DNA of 64,000 nt from Candidatus Hydrogenedentota bacterium. Its GTDB lineage: Bacteria; Hydrogenedentota; Hydrogenedentia; Hydrogenedentales; SLHB01. Under the pieces are notes generated by a model that was not told the origin of the DNA, did not search any database, and saw only the letters and a list, made by a program, of their open reading frames with translations. The stretch spans positions 1 to 64,000 of the forward strand of contig BTWA01000006.1 in the NCBI GenBank assembly GCA_045863295.1. Direction: 5' to 3'. Below, in pieces: positions 40,057 to 47,612 of this stretch. Positions within the stretch are counted from its first letter, which is position 1; each line of letters opens with the position of its first letter. Position numbers and translations under genes: made by a program.

Positions 40057-40085
40057 CCCCGCGTAACCGTAAGCGTTACGCGGGG
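40057..40085 (+). terminator. hairpin just downstream of the array (likely pre-crRNA 3' end)
   Basis: CCCCGCGTAAC / GTTACGCGGGG perfect 11-bp stem; weak U-tract. Confidence 0.55.
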
Positions 40086-40202
40086 TTACTGAGTCATTTA
40101 ATGGAATTTTTGCCCCTAAATCTGTTAGAGTGCGGCTGTTAGGCCTTCGAAATAAATCGTATATGGAGACACGTGATGTCATATCGTCTGGCACTTAAAA
40201 TG

Positions 40203-40239
40203 ATCCGTCCGCCAATTAAACAGAAATTGGCGGACGGAT
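40203..40239 (-). terminator. hairpin terminating the 53-aa gene
   Basis: ATCCGTCCGCCAATT / AATTGGCGGACGGAT perfect 15-bp stem 9 nt after the stop; followed by CATTTT on the - strand. Confidence 0.7.
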
Positions 40240-40248
40240 GTTCCGGAA

Positions 40249-40410
40249 TTACTTCTGACAGTCTCCAGCGGTGTCCTTTGCCTTGCACTGATTGCATAGT
40301 TCTCCCGAAGTCGGCTTTGTGGAAGATTCCACATAGTTGGAAGTCGGCCATAAGGAACAGTTTTTGCAACAATGCCAGGCGTCCTTGTCCTTCTTTCTGC
40401 GGTATGGCAT
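40249..40410 (-). CDS. 53-aa Cys/His-rich, probably Zn-binding protein (below the ORF-track cutoff)
   Basis: MPYRRKKDKDAWHCCKNCSLWPTSNYVESSTKPTSGELCNQCKAKDTAGDCQK; RBS GGGAGGTG; own promoter and terminator. Confidence 0.8.
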   Translation of the reverse strand: MPYRRKKDKDAWHCCKNCSLWPTSNYVESSTKPTSGELCNQCKAKDTAGDCQK

Positions 40411-40470
40411 ACGTGTCACCTCCCTTCACGCAAAATTCTCTATATAATTGGCCTTAACCTAGATGCCATT

Positions 40471-40499
40471 ATATTATCAGGGCCAAGTGAGAAAGTCAA
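40471..40499 (-). promoter_or_regulatory. promoter of the 53-aa gene
   Basis: TTGACT-N17-TAATAT with TGn extension; overlapping TATAAT 3 nt further on. Confidence 0.7.
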
Positions 40500-40516
40500 T
40501 CTATTCGAATGCAGCA

Positions 40517-40582
40517 TGTTTGATGTCGTCTTTATGGCCTTAACCTGCTGTGGTTTGGCTTGACGCTCTGCTCAGGTGTACT
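40517..40582 (+). ncRNA. putative crRNA-like regulatory guide (spacer-like segment plus degenerate repeat at 40547-40582)
   Basis: Repeat 28/36 to consensus; preceding 12 nt TGGCCTTAACCT identical to 40449-40460; 5' end unknown. Confidence 0.65.
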
Positions 40583-40638
40583 GCAAAGCGCGTGCATATC
40601 TCAGTTCGAGATTGCACGCGTTTTTGCTCGCGCAGAAA

Positions 40639-40983
40639 TCAAAAAAACTGCATCTGCTCCGGAGGTTCTTCTGCAACGCGCCGCTTTTTCCCGATAAAGA
40701 TTTCCATTTTTGCGAACTGCTTGTCGGTGACCGCCAACAGTCTAACATGCCCTTCGGGAGGCAGGGCCAACCTCACCCGTTTTCGATGGACTTTGGCCGC
40801 CTCTTCGGACGGGCAGTATCGCGCATAGACCGAGAACTGCATCATTTGAAACCCGTCCTTCAGCAATTCGTTTCGGAACTGCGCGTACTTTCTTCGGGCA
40901 TCTTTGGTGGTGACGGGTAGATCAAAGAGGGCGAACAGCCACATGCCTTTGTATCCCGAGACTTCGAATCGTTGTTGGGTCAT
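40639..40983 (-). CDS. cas2: CRISPR-associated endonuclease Cas2
   Basis: 'MWLFALFDLP...Y..FR..LLKDGF.M.QFSVYAR...LP..G.VR.L.VTDKQF'. Confidence 0.96.
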   Translation of the reverse strand: MTQQRFEVSGYKGMWLFALFDLPVTTKDARRKYAQFRNELLKDGFQMMQFSVYARYCPSEEAAKVHRKRVRLALPPEGHVRLLAVTDKQFAKMEIFIGKKRRVAEEPPEQMQFF

Positions 40984-41200
40984 GGGAACCCATATTCAGT
41001 TTCGGTCACCTGCCTAAATCTAGCCATCTGCTGCACCGCAGGGCGACCCAACTTTTTGTGCAGGAGTAAGGTTCACCCTCTCCCAAGCCACTGTTTGGGA
41101 GTGAGCCAAGTCGGATTAGCACAGCATCTGTGCCATGTCGAGTATTCCTTCTGGCGTTGATTCGTGTCTCGCTCAAAGTTGAATTGGACGGTGAACCACG

Positions 41201-42091
41201 TCAGAGTTCTGGCAGAATCAGCGTCCTTCTCTTTCCAAGGTAAACTTTTGCCAAGGACGATGCCGTGCGATTCAATATGTCAAAGAGGGTTCTTTCTTCG
41301 CCTTTGATCGTAAAGCGCTGGATGAGCGCGGCCACAATGACACGTTTGGCTTCGGTGTCGAGTTGCTGTTCCATTCCTTCCCTGCTTTGAACCAATTCGA
41401 CCACGGCTTTGTCGACAAGCGGTCGAAACGGTTCCATGAGATCCGAGGCGAGCGGAAAATTGTCGTAACGATTATGGTGGTGTAACCCAAGTCCCGGGTG
41501 CAGTCCCGCCGCGCAAATGGCGCGTCCAGTGGTGGCGCGGAGAACGCCGTAGCCGTAATTGAGATAATTATTTTCGACTCCTGCTTCCGCTCCGCGTCTA
41601 AATTCGCGGTTGCCGAAGAGTTTTTTCCAGTAGCGTACCGCCGCTTGAGCTTCCTGGTTATCTGGATCGCCGGAACGGACACGGGGAACCAAGGCTGTAA
41701 GGCCTGCGTCGTCACCGTGCATCGCAAGTAGTAGTCGAGACTGAGCACCTATTTTGGCGCGCACTAATTGCCGCCATAGTCTTTTTCGAACGGAAAGTCC
41801 TGACTCTGCCTGTTTGGAAAAGCGTTCAGACTGCAAATGGTGGCTCTGCAAAGGCAATAATATTCCGACTGGCGAGTGCCGACCATCGCACACAATACAG
41901 GATGAACCCTTGGCCATCAGACCGGCCAGTACTGCACCCGTAATTGTTATATGCGGATGGCCGAGCACTAATACACCTACTTCATCCAACGGCGCTTGGG
42001 AGGTAAGCGATTGTTGTTCGACTATCAACTGATCGTTGTGTACCTTGACCTTACCTGACGCGTTGGCAATGTCAATTATTCGATTAGTCAT
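41201..42091 (-). CDS. cas1: type II Cas1 integrase
   Basis: 'SGDPDNQEAQAA..YW..LF', 'LNYGY.VLRA', 'GLHH', 'LASDLMEPFRP.VD'. Confidence 0.97.
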   Translation of the reverse strand: MTNRIIDIANASGKVKVHNDQLIVEQQSLTSQAPLDEVGVLVLGHPHITITGAVLAGLMAKGSSCIVCDGRHSPVGILLPLQSHHLQSERFSKQAESGLSVRKRLWRQLVRAKIGAQSRLLLAMHGDDAGLTALVPRVRSGDPDNQEAQAAVRYWKKLFGNREFRRGAEAGVENNYLNYGYGVLRATTGRAICAAGLHPGLGLHHHNRYDNFPLASDLMEPFRPLVDKAVVELVQSREGMEQQLDTEAKRVIVAALIQRFTIKGEERTLFDILNRTASSLAKVYLGKRRTLILPEL

Positions 42092-45000
42092 TGGAGTGTC
42101 GAAGCGCTCCTAACGGCGAAACTGAAAGTTTGCGCGATGAGCGTCGTCTAAGCGCGTTCAGGCGAGGCATCTCCCAGCCTCCTGAAGAAATTATCTCCTT
42201 TTTCAGTCTAGCGTCAACGAGCCCAGCAAGGCTGACACGATCCTTCGAAATCCCTCTCACTAATGCCAAAGTAGTGGAACCATCTTCCATATTCATTTGC
42301 AGCACGTCTCCAATCGCCAAGCTCATGACAAACCGCCTTCCCTCGCCGTGATCTCGCTGAACGATGGGCTGCTTGTTTCGAAGCCGCTGCAGAGCCGTGT
42401 ATTGATCGACAATGATGTCTTCCCACTTGGGTTCGCCTTTTTTGTCGAGCACCTCGATGATTTCCATGTGATGGTTTGACGCGGGCACGACGTGGCGGTT
42501 GCGACCGGTTTGTCCAATCTGAAATGTTGAGGCACGTTTCCGGATTCTCACGCGTTTGATAGGGACCGAGCCGCCGGCTTTCCGAGAAAGTTTGGGTAAG
42601 TTGTCTTTGTCTGCGAATGCTTTCTTGGTGTCGTCTGTTCCCAACTCGAGCAACTTCTGCTTTACGGCGTCATATACAGCGCGGTCGACAATGGCCTCGA
42701 CCTCATTCGCGCTGATACCGTCGATGGGCTTACGGACATGCACGCAAGGTTTGCCTTCTTCATCGACGTATATTTTGCTGTACAGCGTTTCCTCATGGAG
42801 GGGTCCGCTAACGCGTCGTGAGACTCGATGGGACACGATCATGGAGGCAATGGCGGTCTGGACATCCTGCAGAAATGTATTCCATGGGATTTCCATTTTC
42901 TTCCACCATCGGCGCATTTGCTCGTCGCCGCCTTTTTTCGCGGCGTCGCTCAATTGTTTGAGTGTTCGCGTATCGGTGAGTGCGATGGCGATGGCATCAA
43001 TCGCGTGGTGGCGGTGGTCGTCGCGCGACTTCCGGGGGCCGTCCGAGAGAATGCGGTTTAGATTCCATGCGTTGCGCAAGATGGCAGTGACCTCTCCCCT
43101 GCCCGGTTGAACGCGCTTCTTCCCGGCTGCGTCGACGATTCCGCCATAGAGCAAGCCCAGAAACCGGGAGGCGATAGTGGACACGTAGCGAGTATCGCTA
43201 AGTTGGCGGTTGGTGAACGAGTCGAGGCTTTCAAGGGACTTCATTTTGAAGCGGCGCAGTTTGGCTTCGCGCGCGTCGCCTTGAAAACGTCCTACGCGGG
43301 TGATGATAGCGTCCCACTCTGGAGACTCTCCGTAGGCCTCCCATGGAGTTTTGTTACGCTTTCTGTTGCGGTTCTCCTCGTGATAACAGAGGGTCTTGTT
43401 CATAAACGAGTCATCAAGGCATCGTGCAAAAGGGAGTATGTGCTCTACATCGAACTGTGATTGCTCTCCGATGAGATTATTGATGCCGATGGATTTGCCG
43501 GTGTAGGGGCATTCCCACCCGCATTCCTCGGCCAGGAGGATGCGTTCGATATCCTCTCGGCTTGGATGGGGGTTGCCGGTTTTCTTATGGATTTGTGCGG
43601 CGGCGGCCTCGCGTTGTTTTTGGCGTTGGCGGTTCTTCTTCCAGGCTTCTTCCCGTTTTTTTCGGGGCTTTTTCATATCGCGCGCGAGTTCGATCCTGAT
43701 TAAATCGGGTTTTCCATGTTCGCGAATGATGGCGTTGACCACTTTGCGCAATTCGGTAAGGGTGCGTTGCACCATGGGGTTGCGAAGGACAATTCCTGAG
43801 TCTTCAAGCATAGGAAGCGCGGTCAAGGGGCGATCCTCGAATCGTTGTGAGCCGTATTCATTCTTGATCGCGGTCTGGAGGAATTCCCCTTGTTCCAATC
43901 TTGGGACGAGCTTAGCGAGTGCTTGCCGGGAAAACCGGCTGTAGCCGGGTTCCAATCGGATTTGGGCCAGATCCTCAGCGGTGTCCGAGTCGAGCTTCCA
44001 GCGTTTGATGCCGCGAGATTTCAATGTTTCCTGTTTGACCGTGCTCAAGATCTCTTCCACGAGTTCGTTTTGTTCCCGGGGTGGCATTTGCAGCCAGCGT
44101 TCGCCGAGAATGGCGTGCAGTTTTGCGGCCGTTCGGTTGCCGGGCAGCTTTTCCTCGCCCCCGGCCTCCAGATTAAATTTGGTGGTCTTCTTGAGCTTCA
44201 AAAGCGTTCGAATAGCGGAGAATTTGGCGTCTCCTTGAAAACTCAACTTTGAAATGATGGCCTCGCGCTGTTCCGCCGTGAGTGGAATCGTCTCGCCGTC
44301 TTCCAGAATGCAAAGATCGTTGATTCGCTGCAGCATGCGAATTTTTTGCGAATCCAGAATGGCGATAGGGGCTCTCTTTCGTCCGAGTTCCAATTCACAT
44401 TGACCGATGAGATTTTTTTGCGATTTCAAAGGCCGTTGGCGAAAGATGCATCGATATATCTCTTGTTTTGCAGCCTCGGATAACAAATCGGGATGGTGTG
44501 CCATCTGCGCATTCCAGATGGCATCAAATTCGGCTTTGTACATGGCACGAGAGGTCCAACGGCTGCGGATTCGGGATTCGTGTGGATTCAGTCCCGCGAA
44601 GTATTCACCCAGCGTTCTCGCGCGGGCCTCGTTCATCATGGTTTGGAGCTGAGAGATTCCTTCCTTGACCTGTCCTTCTTCTTCATCGTCCTTGGCCGTT
44701 GATTTCCGATTGGTCTCAAACCCGCGGCGGTGCCCCAAGTGATAAATGGCGCGGCCAAGGGCGTGGGCTTTAAGAGGATGGTCTAAAGCGCGTGCGCGGA
44801 GGAAGTAGGGCAGTTGATCGAGCAGGTTTGAGTCGATGCCTATCGATTTATACGAATCGTAGAGTTGGGCATCTAGCGTCTTGAAAAATTGATGCCTGGC
44901 CATATGATCGCGGATATCGCCTGACGGGAGCAGACCCATACGTTGCAGCGCGGCGGCAGTCTTGGCCATTCGGCGTCTGCGACGGTCGGCCTGCTTGCGT

Positions 45001-45209
45001 TGTTGCCGTGCCTCGCGGCGTTTGGCGTTTCGTGATTCGTCTTTGCCTTGTTCAATGTCCTGTGCTGTGCCGTCAACGCCGGGATCAAAGACTCGGGCGC
45101 CAGAGCGTATCAGCCGAGTGGGTTTTCCGGCTGCGTACTCGATTAGTGCCCAACCGACTGAGTTTGTGCCCAGATCAAGCCCAAGCACCATTTCGTTGTT
45201 TGTGCCCAT
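42084..45209 (-). CDS. cas9: type II-C Cas9 (1041 aa)
   Basis: RuvC-I 'LGLDLGTNSVGWA', Arg-rich bridge helix, 'NPMV', RuvC-II 'IELARD', HNH 'VEHILP..NKTL..N..K.NKTP', RuvC-III 'HHAIDA'; no csn2 or cas4. Confidence 0.98.
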   Translation of the reverse strand: MGTNNEMVLGLDLGTNSVGWALIEYAAGKPTRLIRSGARVFDPGVDGTAQDIEQGKDESRNAKRREARQQRKQADRRRRRMAKTAAALQRMGLLPSGDIRDHMARHQFFKTLDAQLYDSYKSIGIDSNLLDQLPYFLRARALDHPLKAHALGRAIYHLGHRRGFETNRKSTAKDDEEEGQVKEGISQLQTMMNEARARTLGEYFAGLNPHESRIRSRWTSRAMYKAEFDAIWNAQMAHHPDLLSEAAKQEIYRCIFRQRPLKSQKNLIGQCELELGRKRAPIAILDSQKIRMLQRINDLCILEDGETIPLTAEQREAIISKLSFQGDAKFSAIRTLLKLKKTTKFNLEAGGEEKLPGNRTAAKLHAILGERWLQMPPREQNELVEEILSTVKQETLKSRGIKRWKLDSDTAEDLAQIRLEPGYSRFSRQALAKLVPRLEQGEFLQTAIKNEYGSQRFEDRPLTALPMLEDSGIVLRNPMVQRTLTELRKVVNAIIREHGKPDLIRIELARDMKKPRKKREEAWKKNRQRQKQREAAAAQIHKKTGNPHPSREDIERILLAEECGWECPYTGKSIGINNLIGEQSQFDVEHILPFARCLDDSFMNKTLCYHEENRNRKRNKTPWEAYGESPEWDAIITRVGRFQGDAREAKLRRFKMKSLESLDSFTNRQLSDTRYVSTIASRFLGLLYGGIVDAAGKKRVQPGRGEVTAILRNAWNLNRILSDGPRKSRDDHRHHAIDAIAIALTDTRTLKQLSDAAKKGGDEQMRRWWKKMEIPWNTFLQDVQTAIASMIVSHRVSRRVSGPLHEETLYSKIYVDEEGKPCVHVRKPIDGISANEVEAIVDRAVYDAVKQKLLELGTDDTKKAFADKDNLPKLSRKAGGSVPIKRVRIRKRASTFQIGQTGRNRHVVPASNHHMEIIEVLDKKGEPKWEDIIVDQYTALQRLRNKQPIVQRDHGEGRRFVMSLAIGDVLQMNMEDGSTTLALVRGISKDRVSLAGLVDARLKKEIISSGGWEMPRLNALRRRSSRKLSVSPLGALRHSND

Positions 45210-45228
45210 GGTACGGTCTGCTCCCCGC

Positions 45229-45256
45229 TTGACAATCCACTCTGGTTATGTATAAT
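45229..45256 (+). promoter_or_regulatory. tracrRNA promoter
   Basis: TTGACA-N16-TATAAT, 7 nt before the anti-repeat. Confidence 0.8.
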
Positions 45257-45262
45257 AGGGGT

Positions 45263-45373
45263 CAGTATACCTGAGCGGAGATTGTCCTCCAAATCACAGT
45301 AAGGACTTTCAAGTCCGCGGGCAACGTCCTACGGGACGTCCATTGCGCCTCCCTGTTGGGGCGCTTTTTTTTT
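45263..45373 (+). ncRNA. tracrRNA
   Basis: Anti-repeat 45264-45300 (first 20 nt perfectly complementary to the repeat 3' part), hairpins GGACT-TTCA-AGTCC and ACGTCC-TACG-GGACGT, GC-rich terminator stem plus T-tract. Confidence 0.92.
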
Positions 45374-45490
45374 GTTGGGGAGCGTGGGTTGGCAAGGGAT
45401 TGGGTTTTGGGTCCAGTGTGTCTTTTGGGCTGCATGGGTGTTTAGAGACTTCGCGTGGGCAACTTGTGAGATTCATGTCTACTTGCAAGG

Positions 45491-45636
45491 GGTGAAAGGG
45501 TTGGCGTTCAGTGGGGACTGAAGGAACGTGAATCTCGGGCAGAGGCGCAGGGATGTGGCCCGGTGGATCGCCGGCGTGTGCAGAATTCTGCGGCTGCACC
45601 GTTTGACCCTGTTGTGGTCTGGGGAGAATCTCCGCT
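45491..45636 (+). repeat. 146-bp direct repeat, right copy, ending in a 3'-degenerate CRISPR repeat (from 45611)
   Basis: 128/146 identical to 38615-38760; GTTGTGGTCTGGGGAGAATCTCCGCT. Confidence 0.9.
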
Positions 45637-45817
45637 TACATACACGGGGAAAGTGTGCGGTGAGCCGTTTTCTTGAACAGTAACCGTTCTGGTCGCGTTT
45701 GGTGTCATGGTCTGAAGTCATGCCACACCCCTTGGGAAATCAACGCACGGCATAGAGCCCTTGGCGGAATGCTCAGACTGCATTTGCTAGCCGCGTGCTG
45801 CGTCTTTGTTTGAGTGG

Positions 45818-46213
45818 CTATTTCTTCTGTGCGAATTTCGCGCTGCGTTCGGCGACGAGTTGGTTGATGGTTTCGTCTGCGGGGCGGATTTCGAAGGGTC
45901 CGACTTTTACGCCGGGGTGTTTGGACATGAGTTCGATGGCGTGGTTCATGTCGCGGGCTTCGAGCAGGAGGATGCCGCCGAGGACTTCCTTGGTTTCGGA
46001 GAAGGGTCCGTCGGTGATTTTAATTTCGCCGTTTTTGTTGCTTAGCGTGACGGCTTTGTTGGCGAAATCGAGTGCTTCGCCGCCGAGGAAGTGTCCTCCG
46101 CGCCGCAGTTCGTCGTCGTAGGCAAAGCATTCTTCCATCATTTTTTGCGCGTCTTCGGGGGGCATGTTGGCGAAGGCGTCTTCGTTGTAGTATCCGAGGC
46201 ATACGAATTTCAT
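45818..46213 (-). CDS. YciI/DGPF-domain protein
   Basis: '[14 protein letters not shown]', 'EIRP'. Confidence 0.9.
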   Translation of the reverse strand: MKFVCLGYYNEDAFANMPPEDAQKMMEECFAYDDELRRGGHFLGGEALDFANKAVTLSNKNGEIKITDGPFSETKEVLGGILLLEARDMNHAIELMSKHPGVKVGPFEIRPADETINQLVAERSAKFAQKK

Positions 46214-46358
46214 GGGGGCACCTCTTCGATTGTCGGGTTTCTTGGGCGCTGAGCGTCCCTGGTTGCCGTGCTTATTTGCTCATTAGTCGAACGGGCGGGG
46301 CCGAGATCGACACGGCAGAGCCGTTTTGTTTGTGGCGGCTGTTTTGTGCACGGCGTCG

Positions 46359-47348
46359 TTATCCCAGCCACTCGGGGTGGTAGGCGGTGGCGTCGTAGGC
46401 CGGGGTGGTTTTGAATCGTTCAAACTTGCCTGATTTTGCGAATTGAACGGTGCGGCTGAGGAGCGCGGCGGTTTCGGTTTCGGTCATAGGTTTGAAGTTG
46501 CGCACGGTTTCGAGGTTCTGTTCGAAGTGGGCCATGGTCTGCATGCCGGAAATGACGACGGAGGTGGGCAGGGTCATGGCGTAGTGCAGGCATTCTTGAA
46601 CGGTGACGGCATTGGTTTCGAGGGCGACTCCGCCCGCGACGGATTTCATGCCGAGCACGCCTATCCCCCGCTCCACCAACACGGGGAGGACGCCGTCGCG
46701 GAAACTCCGGAAGTGGGCATCGAGCACGTTGAGGGGCATTTGCACGGTGTCAAAAGTGAAGCCGTTGGCATCGGCGACTTCAATCATGCGGAGGTGCACG
46801 GCGGGGTCTTTATGTCCGGTGAATCCGATGTACCGGATCTTCCCTGCTTCCTTCGCGGCGTAGAGGGCTTCCATGGCGCCGCCTTCGGCGAAGATTCGGT
46901 CGCCGTCGTCCATGCGGATCATTTCGTGGTGTTGCAGGAGATCGATGCGATCGGTCTGGAGGCGTCTGAGGCAATCATTGAGTTGGGATTCGGCGGAGGC
47001 CTTGGTGCGGCCGTCGATCTTGGTCATGAGGAATACCTTGTCGCGCAGGGGACCTTTGAGGGCTTTGCCCATGCGTTCTTCACTGCCGCCGGCGTGGTAG
47101 TCCCAGGAGTTGTCCATGAAGTTGATGCCCGCGTCGATGGCGGCGTGGATGATACTGATGCCTTCGGCTTCATCGGGCACGCCGATGTGGTAGCCGCCGA
47201 GGCCGAGGAGCGAGACGCGTTCGCCGGTGCGGCCGAGGATGCGGTATTTCATTTCGCCTTCGGCGCCTTCGGTCTGCGGTACGGCCATGGCGTGACTGAT
47301 GGTTATTCCTGTGGCGGCCGTGGCGGCCAGGAATTCGCGGCGATTCAT
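46359..47348 (-). CDS. aldo/keto reductase with Tat signal
   Basis: MNRREFL, 'LGRTG..VS.LGLGG', 'GINFMDNSWDY..G.SE', 'GKIRYIG'. Confidence 0.9.
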   Translation of the reverse strand: MNRREFLAATAATGITISHAMAVPQTEGAEGEMKYRILGRTGERVSLLGLGGYHIGVPDEAEGISIIHAAIDAGINFMDNSWDYHAGGSEERMGKALKGPLRDKVFLMTKIDGRTKASAESQLNDCLRRLQTDRIDLLQHHEMIRMDDGDRIFAEGGAMEALYAAKEAGKIRYIGFTGHKDPAVHLRMIEVADANGFTFDTVQMPLNVLDAHFRSFRDGVLPVLVERGIGVLGMKSVAGGVALETNAVTVQECLHYAMTLPTSVVISGMQTMAHFEQNLETVRNFKPMTETETAALLSRTVQFAKSGKFERFKTTPAYDATAYHPEWLG

Positions 47349-47612
47349 GGGATGTGTCCTCCTGAAGTCGAGGTATCGCGGTTCAGCGGCAGTGTATCAC
47401 AGAGAGGCGATGCCGCCGGTACGGAGTTCTCGGCGTCTTTCGCTTCATTACGTTTTCGTAATCCTTTCGGGAGTCTGCTCTTCACGTTCGTAGTGTCCAA
47501 TGGTGATGTGGCCGGAAGTATGGGGCCGGGCATTCCTGGTAGTACGAGTCGTGAAAGGAGTCTAGCCGCGCGCATTCGGGGTTGAGTGGTGCGCGCCGGG
47601 AAGGGAGGCGTT

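Noticed and set aside
39047..40092. Long ORFs spanning the CRISPR array (e.g. 39047-40009, 39516-40004)
   Set aside because: Artefacts of the 66-nt (3n) repeat-spacer period
40139..40429. 96-aa - strand ORF in the track
   Set aside because: Its start lies just upstream of the RBS of the overlapping 53-aa frame, which has the better RBS, Cys pattern and terminator; it also runs through that terminator
46443..47585. Long antisense ORFs (e.g. 46443-47585, 36978-38210, 27541-28530, 1313-2182)
   Set aside because: Shadows of well-supported opposite-strand genes in GC-rich DNA
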